Both the position numbers and the translations under genes were made by a program. A stretch of 21,873 nt of DNA from IMG/VR virus record IMGVR_UViG_2529293246_000003, positions 1 through 21,873 of that record, one strand, 5' to 3'. Positions 8,743 to 17,509 of the stretch are shown one piece after another (the stretch's first letter is position 1; each line of letters opens with the position of its first letter). Origin of the DNA: a virus (taxonomy: Duplodnaviria; Heunggongvirae; Uroviricota; Caudoviricetes). The notes under the pieces were generated by a model. It was not told the origin of the DNA, made no database searches, and saw only the letters and a program-made list of their open reading frames with translations.

Positions 8743-8788
8743 CATACCTTTTGATTTTGTAAAATCAATTCGTAATAATAAAGTCATC

Positions 8789-8903
8789 GGAGCTTGAACA
8801 ACTCCGGTGACTTCTGCGCTAAACGGGGACGTTTATGCGCACACACAATCCAAACTCTCATCTCCATTCACAGATGCAGAAATGCACCTACGATTTTTTA
8901 CAT
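8789..8903 (+). repeat. direct repeat copy 1 (~115 bp)
   Basis: GGAGCTTGAACAACTCCGGTGACTTCTGCGCTAAACGGGGACGTTTATGCGCACA...CGATTTTTT; near-identical to 10723-10837 with a handful of mismatches by eye. Confidence 0.85.
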
Positions 8904-9318
8904 TCGGTGTTTTACTTCGACAGCCAGAATTGGGAGTCTCTATTCGTCTGGCGGCTAAAGGTGATATGGAAATCGTTATGTTTTGGCCTGAGGTAGTTGT
9001 AACTGTTGTAGCAGCTATGGCTGTGATCATCATGGTGTCCATTTACTGGGGTTGACGACATGATTTATCCGGCGCTATATTCTGTGCGTTGCCGCAAAAT
9101 CGGCACACGGGATTGGCGTCCCGGGATACTACTCAACGCATACCGCGTTAAGCGGTTTTTTTGTGCGCTAAGCACGGCTATGCCCAAATTATGGTGGGCT
9201 GTGTGAGGGCTTCTTCGGAAGCGCCGGGTTTGAGTAGCCGGTTACGCCAACCTTACACAGTTCACCACCAGTCGATTGGCGTCGTTGGTGGTGATGGTTA
9301 ACCTGATGAGGTGATACT

Positions 9319-9927
9319 ATGACTACTCAATTAGCATTCCACAAAACGACGTTTACCCCGATTTGCCACAATAACAGAATTTGGCTTACTGCCACTGAAG
9401 TTGGTTTAGCACTGGAATATGCGGACGATAAAGCAGTTCAGCGCATTTACTCTCGGCACTCAGATGAATTCACAGATATGATGACAAGGGTGGTCAAAGT
9501 GACCACCCCTCGTGGAATGCAGGAGTCTCGAGTATTTAGCCTTCGCGGAGCCCATTTGATCGCCATGTTTGCTCGTACTCCTGTGGCCAAAGAATTCCGC
9601 CGCTGGGTTCTGGATATTCTCGATCGAGAAGTTCAACAATCCCCAATCACAAAACAATTCACTGATAACGAACTTTGCACACTCGCCTGGTTATGGCGAG
9701 CAAGTGATACGATGTTAACCGCCTGCCAGAACGTTACGCCCCTTCTTCAGGTCGCAGAGCATCGCGAAGCAGGTAGATTCACTTCAATCGAACAAGAATA
9801 TCCTCGGATACTCAACAGGGCGCGAGAAATCCTTGCCAGAGAAACGGCGCATGTAAAATTCCAACCGTGGCAGGATGATAAGTGGAGTCGTGTGTTACCA
9901 TATTTCCGTCAGAATCTGTTGCAATAA
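9319..9927 (+). CDS. Bro-N domain phage antirepressor-like protein
   Basis: 202-aa ORF with GAGGTGA Shine-Dalgarno; the N-terminal 100 aa fit the Bro-N/AntA pattern (TFTPICHNNRIWLTATEVGLALEY...SLRGAHLIAMFARTPVAKEFRRWVLDIL). Confidence 0.8.
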   Translation: MTTQLAFHKTTFTPICHNNRIWLTATEVGLALEYADDKAVQRIYSRHSDEFTDMMTRVVKVTTPRGMQESRVFSLRGAHLIAMFARTPVAKEFRRWVLDILDREVQQSPITKQFTDNELCTLAWLWRASDTMLTACQNVTPLLQVAEHREAGRFTSIEQEYPRILNRAREILARETAHVKFQPWQDDKWSRVLPYFRQNLLQ

Positions 9928-9946
9928 AGTCACTAGTTAGAAATAC

Positions 9947-9987
9947 TGCCAGCATTCTGCGATGACGGAAGTGCTGGCATTTTTTTT
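9947..9987 (+). terminator. rho-independent terminator after the antirepressor gene
   Basis: Stem TGCCAGCA(9947-9954)/TGCTGGCA(9972-9979) extended by TTC/GAA, followed by a run of 8 T (9980-9987). Confidence 0.65.
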
Positions 9988-10162
9988 GGTAATGTGCGAG
10001 TCCATTTCATAAAATACGGGTACTGGAACTGGACGATATAATCTAAAAGATACCATTATCAGTAGCATTAAAATCGCTATGTGCCGATACGGATATAAAT
10101 TATATTGATTGTTCACATACCTTATTGGATATTACTGAGGGGTGTTTATATAAGGTGTAACG

Positions 10163-10672
10163 ATGATGTGGAACTTTGACAGTGCCGACTTAAGTGCAAT
10201 AGCAGCAGGCATTTCTGCGTTTGGCACATTAGCCGCAGCGGGGTCGGCGCTTGCAAGTTGGTACACGTCAAAAAAAGCGCTGCAGCTACAAAATAGAGTT
10301 TACCTTTATGAGTCTTTAAAGGCTTGCGCTGAGAGAGCCAATTCATCAGCTAAAGATAAGCGCGGATCTGAATGGAGCGTTAATGATGCAGCGGATATCA
10401 TCAGGTGCCTAGTACGGGCGATGGAGATCATCAAGCAGGATAGCCAGCAGAAAGAAGGTAATCAGGCATTAATGTTGAAACAGTACTTTGTTAATCTGCT
10501 AATAATGGAACTGTACGAGGAAGTTCATAACGGTGATGCGGCTGATTCTGTTTTTAAAAGTACGGAACCTACACAAGTACTTGATAACTTATGGAGCAAA
10601 TGGCAGGAGGCTATAGCTTTTTTTGATATTTGGAATTACCCAGTTGCGACTGAGGAAGACTTGGCAGACTAA
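10163..10672 (+). CDS. hypothetical membrane-anchored protein (single N-terminal TM helix, acidic soluble C-terminal domain)
   Basis: 169-aa ORF; AAGGTG Shine-Dalgarno; preceded by the terminator and an AT-rich promoter-like stretch (TTGATT at 10106-10111); TM segment LSAIAAGISAFGTLAAAGSALASWY; no family recognised. Confidence 0.7.
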   Translation: MMWNFDSADLSAIAAGISAFGTLAAAGSALASWYTSKKALQLQNRVYLYESLKACAERANSSAKDKRGSEWSVNDAADIIRCLVRAMEIIKQDSQQKEGNQALMLKQYFVNLLIMELYEEVHNGDAADSVFKSTEPTQVLDNLWSKWQEAIAFFDIWNYPVATEEDLAD

Positions 10673-10722
10673 TTTTCAGCACATTTGATTTCCAATAATC
10701 AACCAGCCATAATCATGCCATT

Positions 10723-10837
10723 GGAGCTTGAACAACTCCGGTGACTTCTGCGCTAAACGGGGACGTTTATGCGCACATACAATCCAAACTCTCTTCTCCC
10801 TTCACAGATGCAGAAATGCACCTGCGATTTTTTGCAT
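10723..10837 (+). repeat. direct repeat copy 2 (~115 bp)
   Basis: Partner of 8789-8903; this copy sits immediately upstream of the ybcN-like gene. Confidence 0.85.
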
Positions 10838-10870
10838 CCAGCGTCTGACCTCTGCGGAGGTGAAGCGTGA
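10769..10870 (+). CDS. 33-codon small ORF inside repeat copy 2 (YlcH-like position)
   Basis: ATG 10769, [33 protein letters not shown]; its stop TGA (10868-10870) overlaps the GTG start of the next gene (GTGA). DLP12 carries a ~33-aa ylcH immediately upstream of ybcN as I recall; copy 1 has a diverged version starting at 8835. Confidence 0.35.
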   Translation: MRTYNPNSLLPSQMQKCTCDFLHPASDLCGGEA

Positions 10871-11322
10871 ACCTACCACAAGATGGCATCAAACTGCATC
10901 GCGGTAACTTCACCGCTATCGGCCAGCAGATCCAGCCTTATCTGGAGGACGGAAAATGCTTTCGCATGGTGCTTAAACCGTGGCGTGAGAAACGCAGTCT
11001 TTCCCAGAATGCACTCAGCCACATGTGGTACAGCGAAATCAGTGAATACCTCATCAGCAGGGGGAAATCGTTCGCTACCGCAGCATGGGTAAAAGATGCT
11101 CTCAAACACACATACCTCGGTTATGAAACCAAGGACCTGGTTGATGTCGTAACCGGCGAAATCACTACTATCCAGTCGTTACGCCATACTTCCGATCTTG
11201 ATACCGGAGAGATGTATGTCTTCCTGTGTAAGGTTGAAGCCTGGGCGATGAATATTGGCTGCCACCTGACTATTCCGCAGAGCTGCGAGTTCCAGCTGCT
11301 GCGCGACAAGCAGGAGGCGTAA
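10867..11322 (+). CDS. ybcN: NinB/Orf-family recombination mediator (DLP12 YbcN-like)
   Basis: 151-aa ORF with GTG start and GGAGG at 10856-10860; the [15 protein letters not shown] segment matches the NinB-family motif; followed by ninE as in lambdoid nin regions. Confidence 0.75.
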   Translation: MNLPQDGIKLHRGNFTAIGQQIQPYLEDGKCFRMVLKPWREKRSLSQNALSHMWYSEISEYLISRGKSFATAAWVKDALKHTYLGYETKDLVDVVTGEITTIQSLRHTSDLDTGEMYVFLCKVEAWAMNIGCHLTIPQSCEFQLLRDKQEA

Positions 11323-11492
11323 TGGCTACACCGCTTATTCGTGTCATGAACGGACACATCTACAGAGTACCAAATCGTCGTAAGCGTAAGCCTGAGCTGA
11401 AGCCATCCGAAATACCAACACTGCTCGGATATACCGCTAGCTTGTTTGATAAAAAATGGTTGCGACTGGCAGCAAGGAGGAGTCATGGCTGA
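11322..11492 (+). CDS. ninE: NinE-family small protein
   Basis: 56-aa ORF below the track's size cut-off, translated by hand ([56 protein letters not shown]); TAATG overlap with the ybcN-like stop; basic C-terminus like lambda NinE. Confidence 0.7.
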   Translation: MATPLIRVMNGHIYRVPNRRKRKPELKPSEIPTLLGYTASLFDKKWLRLAARRSHG

Positions 11493-11775
11493 TTTGAGAA
11501 AAGCAGCGCGTGGTCGGGAATGCCAGGTAAGAATCCCTGGCGTATGTAATGGCAACCCTGAAACGTCTGTACTGGCACATATCCGGCTGGCTGGATTGTG
11601 CGGTACCGGTATCAAACCGCCAGACCTGATTGCCACCATTGCATGTTCTGCCTGCCACGACGAAATCGACCGCCGCACACATTTTGTCGATGCTGCATAT
11701 GCAAAAGAATGCGCGCTGGAAGGTATGGCGAGAACACAGGTTATCTGGCTGAAAGAGGGGGTTATTAAGGCGTGA
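11485..11775 (+). CDS. ybcO: YbcO-like protein (DUF1364, putative nuclease)
   Basis: 96-aa product from ATG 11485 ([23 protein letters not shown]...), AGGAGG Shine-Dalgarno at 11475-11480; Cys-rich; size and position match DLP12 ybcO. Confidence 0.7.
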   Translation: MADLRKAARGRECQVRIPGVCNGNPETSVLAHIRLAGLCGTGIKPPDLIATIACSACHDEIDRRTHFVDAAYAKECALEGMARTQVIWLKEGVIKA

Positions 11776-12134
11776 ATACCTACAGCATCACATTACCCTG
11801 GCCTCCGAGCAATAATCGCTATTACCGCCATAATCGCGGGCGCACGCACATCAGCGCAGAGGGGCAGGCATACCGCGATAACGTCGCCCGAATCATTAAA
11901 AACGCAATGCTGGATATCGGCCTGGCTATGCCTGTGAAAATCCGCATTGAGTGCCACATGCCGGATCGCCGTCGCCGTGACCTGGATAATCTGCAAAAAG
12001 CCGCTTTTGACGCACTCACTAAAGCAGGTTTCTGGCTGGATGATGCTCAGGTCGTTGATTACCGCGTTGTGAAGATGCCTGTTACCAAAGGTGGGAGGCT
12101 GGAACTGACCATCACCGAAATGGGGAATGAATGA
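11772..12134 (+). CDS. rusA: Holliday-junction resolvase RusA
   Basis: 120-aa ORF ([28 protein letters not shown]...) recognisable as RusA; GTG start overlapping the ybcO stop. Confidence 0.9.
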   Translation: MNTYSITLPWPPSNNRYYRHNRGRTHISAEGQAYRDNVARIIKNAMLDIGLAMPVKIRIECHMPDRRRRDLDNLQKAAFDALTKAGFWLDDAQVVDYRVVKMPVTKGGRLELTITEMGNE

Positions 12135-12271
12135 TGTTTGAGTTTTATATGGCAGAACTTCTTCGCAACCGCTGGATGCGCCTGCGCTTATATCGTTTTC
12201 CTGGTTCTGTTTTGACCGATTACCGGATACTGAAGAATTACGCCAAAACACTGAAAGGAGCTGCCGCATGA
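12131..12271 (+). CDS. small protein, YlcG-like position
   Basis: 46-codon ORF translated by hand ([46 protein letters not shown]); overlaps the rusA stop at its start and the Q start at its stop, suggesting translational coupling. Confidence 0.5.
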   Translation: MMFEFYMAELLRNRWMRLRLYRFPGSVLTDYRILKNYAKTLKGAAA

Positions 12272-12957
12272 ATACCCAATATTTACAGTATGTCCGCGAG
12301 CAACTCATTGTGGCTACCGCTGATTTGAGCGGAGCAACGAAAGGACAGCTTGAAGCCTGGCTGGAGCATGCACAATTTGATACAGGTACATACAAACGAA
12401 AGAAGCCGCGCATTCTGGATGAGGTAACTGGCAGGATGATTACGCTGGATAATCCGCCGATTTCCGGTAAGCAGTCGTACGCAAAAGGTTCATCCATTGC
12501 ACTGGTCAGCCAGGTTGAGTTCTCAACCTCATCATGGCGCCGCGCGGTTCTGTCTCTCGAAGAACATCAGAAAGCGTGGTTGCTGTGGAGTTACAGCGAA
12601 AGTGTTCGCTGGGAACATCAGGTCACCATAACGCAGTGGGCATGGAGCGAGTTTAAGACTCTGTTGGGTACCAGGAAAATTGCAGGTAAGACACTGGAAC
12701 GTTTGAAGAAGTTGATCTGGCTGGCGGCACAGGATGTGAAGAACGAGCTGGCAGGGCGTAAGACCTATGAATACCAGGAGCTGGCATCACTGGTGGGAGT
12801 GACATCAAAAAACTGGTCTGAGACATTTACTGAACGCTGGGTTGCAATGAAGCACATTTTTCTACAGCTTGATAGCGAAGCTTTATTGCTTGTAACGAGA
12901 ACACGTTCAAAACAAAAGACGACATTTTCACAGCAAAGTATTGCAAAACTGGATTAA
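12268..12957 (+). CDS. putative late-gene antiterminator Q (positional call)
   Basis: 229-aa ORF, AAAGGAG Shine-Dalgarno; last gene before the late leader and terminator and the lysis cassette; the sequence is not lambda-Q-like, so the family is unconfirmed. Confidence 0.6.
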   Translation: MNTQYLQYVREQLIVATADLSGATKGQLEAWLEHAQFDTGTYKRKKPRILDEVTGRMITLDNPPISGKQSYAKGSSIALVSQVEFSTSSWRRAVLSLEEHQKAWLLWSYSESVRWEHQVTITQWAWSEFKTLLGTRKIAGKTLERLKKLIWLAAQDVKNELAGRKTYEYQELASLVGVTSKNWSETFTERWVAMKHIFLQLDSEALLLVTRTRSKQKTTFSQQSIAKLD

Positions 12958-13138
12958 AAAGCATATATTTCGTGTAAATCTGATATTTTGCCAATGTTGT
13001 ACGCACTGGCAGTAATCCAAATTCAAGCCCGAAGTTTAAAACTTTGGGCTTTTCTGTTTCTGGACGGTGAGTAGCCTTCCAACCTACCCCAGCCAGGGTG
13101 TCTTCAGCTGTTGAGTTGATATTGCTTAACCCTCTGTT

Positions 13139-13161
13139 GCCAGCTACATGCTGGCTTTTTT
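13139..13161 (+). terminator. tR'-like late-leader terminator
   Basis: GCCAGC(13139-13144)-TACAT-GCTGGC(13150-13155) followed by TTTTTT(13156-13161); an upstream 13-bp perfect-stem hairpin at 13026-13051 with a U-rich tail lies between Q and this terminator. Confidence 0.5.
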
Positions 13162-13278
13162 ATTCCAGGCTTGCGGGGAGCATCAACTCCGTGCTTTGTC
13201 GTTAAATTACCCCGTGAGCCTGATTTCTGACATTTAACATCCCGGCCTTTTGTCGGCGGCGAAACATTGGCTATTCAT

Positions 13279-13584
13279 ATGCACGAAAAAGAGAGCCTTG
13301 CCGGAGCGTTCTGGCTCGTTTTGCTGATCATCGCAGGTTGGGGCGGTCTGGTCCGCTACCTGATAGATGTGAAGCAGAGTAAAGCAACGTGGAGTTGGAT
13401 AAATGCTCTGGCTCAGATAGTGGTATCAGGATTCACCGGTGTTATTGGTGGCCTGATCAGCATCGAAAGTGGATTCAGTATTTACATGATTCTCGCGACA
13501 GCGGGGATTAGTGGTGCGATGGGTTCGGTTGCACTGACGTACTTCTGGGAACGACTGACAGGGGTGAAAAATGCAAAATCTTAA
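13279..13584 (+). CDS. putative holin (three predicted TM segments)
   Basis: 101 aa from ATG 13279 (the track's ORF begins at TTG 13267); three hydrophobic segments and a charged C-terminus; sits immediately upstream of and overlapping the endolysin; it is not lambda S. Confidence 0.55.
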   Translation: MHEKESLAGAFWLVLLIIAGWGGLVRYLIDVKQSKATWSWINALAQIVVSGFTGVIGGLISIESGFSIYMILATAGISGAMGSVALTYFWERLTGVKNAKS

Positions 13585-14047
13585 TCCTCAGCGTAAGGCT
13601 TTCCTCGATATGGTGGCATGGTCAGAAGGAACGGATAACGGACGGCAGAAAACCAGAAATCATGGTTATGACGTCATTGTAGGCGGAGAGCTATTTACTG
13701 ATTACTCCGATCACCCTCGCAAACTTGTCACGCTAAACCCAAAACTCAAATCAACAGCCGCCGGACGTTACCAGCTTCTTTCCCGTTGGTGGGATGCCTA
13801 TCGTAAGCAGCTTGGCCTGAAAGACTTCTCTCCGAAAAGCCAGGACGCTGTGGCATTGCAGCAGATTAAGGAGCGTGGCGCTTTACCGATGATTGATCGC
13901 GGTGATATCCGTCAGGCTATCGATCGTTGCAGCAATATCTGGGCGTCGTTACCTGGTGCAGGTTATGGTCAGTATGAACATAAAATCAGTGACCTGATTT
14001 CCCGGTTTAAAGAGGCTGGTGGGGTGGTAAATGAAGTTGAGCTATAA
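13571..14047 (+). CDS. R: endolysin, lambda R-type lytic transglycosylase
   Basis: 158-aa ORF recognisably near-identical to lambda R (QRKAFLDMVAWSEGTDNGRQKTRNHGYDVIVGG...). Confidence 0.95.
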   Translation: MQNLNPQRKAFLDMVAWSEGTDNGRQKTRNHGYDVIVGGELFTDYSDHPRKLVTLNPKLKSTAAGRYQLLSRWWDAYRKQLGLKDFSPKSQDAVALQQIKERGALPMIDRGDIRQAIDRCSNIWASLPGAGYGQYEHKISDLISRFKEAGGVVNEVEL

Positions 14048-14423
14048 GCTGGTTATCGCTGCATTCTTCTTTACTGTCATCGGTTCTTTCATCTGGTCTG
14101 CCAACCACTACTACAGCAAATATCAGCACGAAAAGAAACGTGCTGATGAGGCTGTACAAAATGCCAAATCGGCAACTGTCATTACCAATAACGTCCTGCA
14201 ATCACTGCAAATCGTCAATACAGTTCTGGAGGCTAACCAGCATGCAAAACAGCAGATCACACTGGAGTCACAGAGAACCCAGGAAGATATCAAAGTGGCT
14301 GTTGCGGATGATGATTGTGCTTCACGTCCTGTGCCTGCTGCCGCTGCTGACCGGTTGCGGAAGTACGCGAACAGTTTACGTGCCTATTCCGGCGGTACCG
14401 TTGCCAGCAAGCCTGACTACTGA
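14031..14423 (+). CDS. Rz: i-spanin (Rz-like)
   Basis: 130-aa ORF with N-terminal TM helix (LVIAAFFFTVIGSFIWSA) and a coiled-coil-like periplasmic domain; follows the endolysin. Confidence 0.75.
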   Translation: MKLSYKLVIAAFFFTVIGSFIWSANHYYSKYQHEKKRADEAVQNAKSATVITNNVLQSLQIVNTVLEANQHAKQQITLESQRTQEDIKVAVADDDCASRPVPAAAADRLRKYANSLRAYSGGTVASKPDY

Positions 14424-14580
14424 AACTCCCCAGCCAGTTATTCCCGATCCTCTGACCTATGGGGCCAGCCTGGATCTGAATGTGAGCCTGCTTTCGGCGT
14501 TGGGACAATGCAATATTGACAAAGCGGGGATTAGAAGTATCGAGATACGCCGTAACGTTTTGCTGGCAGCAGGCAAATAG
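14308..14580 (+). CDS. Rz1: o-spanin lipoprotein (Rz1-like), overlapped architecture
   Basis: Begins at tandem ATGs (14308/14311) inside Rz in the +1 frame; lipobox LLPLLTG-C; Pro-rich; extends 157 bp beyond the Rz stop. Confidence 0.7.
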   Translation: MMIVLHVLCLLPLLTGCGSTRTVYVPIPAVPLPASLTTETPQPVIPDPLTYGASLDLNVSLLSALGQCNIDKAGIRSIEIRRNVLLAAGK

Positions 14581-14606
14581 TCTGGACAAAGAACAGGAAT
14601 ATATTT

Positions 14607-14957
14607 ATGCCTCCTCGAACCCCAAAAGCCTGCCGCGTTCGCGGCTGCCCCCATACCACCACTGACTCGTCAGGCTATTGCGAAAGGCACAAAAGCGAAG
14701 GCTGGAAGCAATACAAGCCAGGCCAGTCCCGTCATCAGCGCGGTTATGGTTCGAAGTGGGACAGTATCCGCGCGCGCGTCCTGAAGCGTGACAAAGGTTT
14801 ATGTCAGTTATGTCTGCGTGCCGGTGTGGTGCGTGAAGCTAAAACCGTTGACCACATCATCCCTAAAGCGCATGGCGGCACCGATGCAGACAGTAATCTG
14901 CAGAGCCTGTGCTGGCCGTGCCATAAGACGAAGACGGCCCGTGAACGGCTAAAGTGA
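14607..14957 (+). CDS. HNH endonuclease (terminase-associated, HK97 gp74-like)
   Basis: 116-aa ORF with Cys pairs (CRVRGCPH...CERH; CQLCLRAG...CWPCH) and an HNH core (VDHIIPKAHGG...N); located just upstream of the terminase genes. Confidence 0.85.
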   Translation: MPPRTPKACRVRGCPHTTTDSSGYCERHKSEGWKQYKPGQSRHQRGYGSKWDSIRARVLKRDKGLCQLCLRAGVVREAKTVDHIIPKAHGGTDADSNLQSLCWPCHKTKTARERLK

Positions 14958-14983
14958 TAATAATTCTCAACTGCCTGAGGGGA

Positions 14984-15043
14984 GGGGCGGGTCAAATCCC
15001 TGTGGCCTGATGTCTTCCGGACTGCCCGCCCCATCGTTTTTTT
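14984..15043 (+). other. GC-rich hairpin plus T-tract between the HNH and terminase genes (terminator and/or cos-region structure)
   Basis: GGGGCGGG(14984-14991)...CCCGCCCC(15025-15032) followed by ATCGTTTTTTT; HK97-like phages place cos between the HNH gene and the small terminase gene. Confidence 0.3.
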
Positions 15044-15082
15044 ATACCCGCGAAAAATGAAATTTAACCTGGAGTGCCGCAT

Positions 15083-15568
15083 ATGGCTGGAACGGCGGGG
15101 CGTTCCGGGCGTCGCCCCAAGCCAACGGCGCGCAAGGCGCTGGCCGGAAACCCCGGCAAGCGAGCCCTGAATAAAGATGAACCTGTTTTTACGCCCATCA
15201 AAGGTGTTGAGCCACCGGAGTGGTTCGCTGAAGAAGATCTCCCTCTCGCCACGATCATGTGGCAACTGACAACCAAAGAACTCTGCGGTCAGGGCCTGCT
15301 GTGCGTGACTGACCTGGCGGTACTTGAGCGGTGGTGTGTGGCCTATGAGTTCTGGCGACGTGCCGTGAAAAATATTGCCAGACAGGGTAACACCATCACC
15401 GGTGCAATGGGTGGCATGGTCAAAAATCCGGAGCTGACCGCCAAAAAAGAACAGGAGTCCGAGATGAGCAGCACGGGGGCAATGCTCGGACTCGACCCCA
15501 GCAGCCGCCAGCGTCTGATTGGCCTGGCGGGGAAGAAGAAAGCCACTAACCCGTTTCTGACAATCTGA
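15083..15568 (+). CDS. terminase small subunit
   Basis: 161 aa from ATG 15083 (GGAG 8 nt upstream; the track's start is GTG 15074); basic N-terminus; immediately precedes the large terminase. Confidence 0.8.
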   Translation: MAGTAGRSGRRPKPTARKALAGNPGKRALNKDEPVFTPIKGVEPPEWFAEEDLPLATIMWQLTTKELCGQGLLCVTDLAVLERWCVAYEFWRRAVKNIARQGNTITGAMGGMVKNPELTAKKEQESEMSSTGAMLGLDPSSRQRLIGLAGKKKATNPFLTI

Positions 15569-15581
15569 AAATCATCGAATC

Positions 15582-17315
15582 ATGAGCCGGAAATCTTACC
15601 CCAACGTAAATGCTGCCAATCAGTATGCCCGTGATGTTGTGCGCGGAAAGATTGTGGCCTGCCAGTTTGTGATTCAGGCCTGCCAGCGCCATCTTGATGA
15701 CCTGATGGCGGAAAAAAGTAAGTCGTTTCGTTACCGCTTCGACAAGGACCTGGCTGAACGGGCCGCCAAATTTATTCAGCTGTTGCCGCACACCAAGGGT
15801 GAGTGGGCATTCAAGAGGATGCCCATCACGCTGGAGCCGTGGCAGCTATTTGTGGTCTGCTGTGCGTTTGGCTGGGTCAATAAAGGGTCCCGGCTGCGCC
15901 GCTTCCGGGAGGTGTATACCGAAATCCCCCGTAAGAACGGCAAATCGGCAATCTCTGCCGGTGTTGCCCTGTATTGTTTTGCCTGTGATAACGAGTTTGG
16001 CGCGGAAGTGTATTCCGGTGCCACGACAGAGAAACAGGCGTGGGAAGTCTTTCGCCCGGCGCGACTGATGTGTAAACGCACACCCATGCTGACGGAAGCG
16101 TTCGGGATTGAGGTTAACGCCTCAAACATGAATCGTCCGGAGGATGGCGCGCGGTTTGAACCGCTGATCGGTAACCCCGGTGATGGTTCATCACCCCACT
16201 GTGCGGTGGTGGATGAATATCACGAGCACGCCACCGATGCGCTTTACACCACGATGCTTACCGGGATGGGGGCGCGACGTCAGCCACTGATGTGGGCCAT
16301 TACTACTGCCGGGTACAACATTGAGGGGCCGTGCTACGACAAGCGACGGGAAGTTATCGAGATGCTCAACGGGTCGGTACCCAACGATGAACTGTTCGGG
16401 ATCATCTATACCGTTGACGAAGGCGATGACTGGACCGACCCGCAGGTGCTGGAAAAAGCTAACCCGAATATTGGCGTGTCGGTTTATCGCGAATTTTTGT
16501 TAAGTCAGCAGCAGCGTGCGAAAAATAACGCCCGTCTGGCAAACGTCTTTAAAACAAAACACCTCAATATCTGGGTGTCGGCGCGTTCGGCGTATTTCAA
16601 CCTGGTGAGCTGGCAGAGCTGCGAGGATAAATCACTGACCCTTGAGCAGTTCGAGGGGCAGCCGTGCATTCTGGCCTTTGACCTGGCCCGTAAGCTGGAT
16701 ATGAACAGCATGGCGCGACTTTATACCCGCGAGATTGACGGTAAAACGCATTACTACAGTGTGGCCCCGCGTTTCTGGGTACCGTATGACACGGTGTACA
16801 GCGTCGAGAAAAATGAAGATCGCCGGACAGCCGAACGCTTTCAGAAATGGGTGGAAATGGGCGTCCTGACCGTTACCGATGGTGCAGAGGTGGATTATCG
16901 CTACATCCTCGAAGAGGCCAAAGCGGCGAACAAAATCAGCCCGGTCAGCGAGTCACCCATCGACCCCTTCGGGGCGACCGGGCTGTCACATGACCTTGCT
17001 GATGAAGACCTGAATCCCATCACCATCATTCAGAACTACACCAACATGTCCGACCCGATGAAAGAGCTGGAAGCGGCAATTGAATCGGGGCGCTTTCATC
17101 ATGATGGCAATCCCATCATGACCTGGTGTATCGGCAACGTGGTCGGCAAAACCATTCCGGGTAACGATGATGTGGTGAAGCCCGTCAAAGAGCAGGCGGA
17201 AAACAAAATCGATGGTGCAGTTGCGCTGATTATGGCGGTTGGCAGAGCCATGCTGTATGAGAAAGAAGACACTCTGTCCGACCACATTGAGTCCTACGGG
17301 ATCCGCTCGCTTTAA
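15582..17315 (+). CDS. terminase large subunit (HK97-type)
   Basis: 577-aa ORF of typical size and position; contains ATPase-like and nuclease-like acidic segments ([13 protein letters not shown]; [11 protein letters not shown]). Confidence 0.9.
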   Translation: MSRKSYPNVNAANQYARDVVRGKIVACQFVIQACQRHLDDLMAEKSKSFRYRFDKDLAERAAKFIQLLPHTKGEWAFKRMPITLEPWQLFVVCCAFGWVNKGSRLRRFREVYTEIPRKNGKSAISAGVALYCFACDNEFGAEVYSGATTEKQAWEVFRPARLMCKRTPMLTEAFGIEVNASNMNRPEDGARFEPLIGNPGDGSSPHCAVVDEYHEHATDALYTTMLTGMGARRQPLMWAITTAGYNIEGPCYDKRREVIEMLNGSVPNDELFGIIYTVDEGDDWTDPQVLEKANPNIGVSVYREFLLSQQQRAKNNARLANVFKTKHLNIWVSARSAYFNLVSWQSCEDKSLTLEQFEGQPCILAFDLARKLDMNSMARLYTREIDGKTHYYSVAPRFWVPYDTVYSVEKNEDRRTAERFQKWVEMGVLTVTDGAEVDYRYILEEAKAANKISPVSESPIDPFGATGLSHDLADEDLNPITIIQNYTNMSDPMKELEAAIESGRFHHDGNPIMTWCIGNVVGKTIPGNDDVVKPVKEQAENKIDGAVALIMAVGRAMLYEKEDTLSDHIESYGIRSL

Positions 17316-17326
17316 CTGAGGTAATT

Positions 17327-17509
17327 ATGATCATGCTGATTCTCGCGCCTCTGGTGGGCGTGCTGGGGGTGCTTTTGCTGGCGTATGGTGCCTGGCTGAT
17401 TTATCCCCCGGCGGGGTTTGTTGTTGCCGGGGCGTTGTGCCTGTTCTGGTCGTGGCTGGTGGCGCGATATCTCGACCGTACACAGTCGTCTGTCGGCGGA
17501 GGTAAATAG
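17327..17509 (+). CDS. small membrane protein between terminase and portal
   Basis: 60-aa ORF with GAGGTAA Shine-Dalgarno and two hydrophobic segments; its stop TAG overlaps the portal GTG start (TAGTG). Confidence 0.45.
   Translation: MIMLILAPLVGVLGVLLLAYGAWLIYPPAGFVVAGALCLFWSWLVARYLDRTQSSVGGGK

Noticed and set aside
8807-9055. 82-aa ORF starting with GTG inside repeat copy 1
   Set aside because: It starts within the repeated non-coding-like segment and has no Shine-Dalgarno; only its hydrophobic C-terminal part is kept as a low-interest possibility.
11121-11678. 185-aa minus-strand ORF over ybcN, ninE and ybcO
   Set aside because: Antisense to a conserved gene series with translational coupling; no ribosome-binding site.
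11793-12497. 234-aa minus-strand ORF spanning rusA, ylcG and the Q start
   Set aside because: Overlaps three tightly coupled, well-supported plus-strand genes; Cys/Ser-rich nonsense composition.
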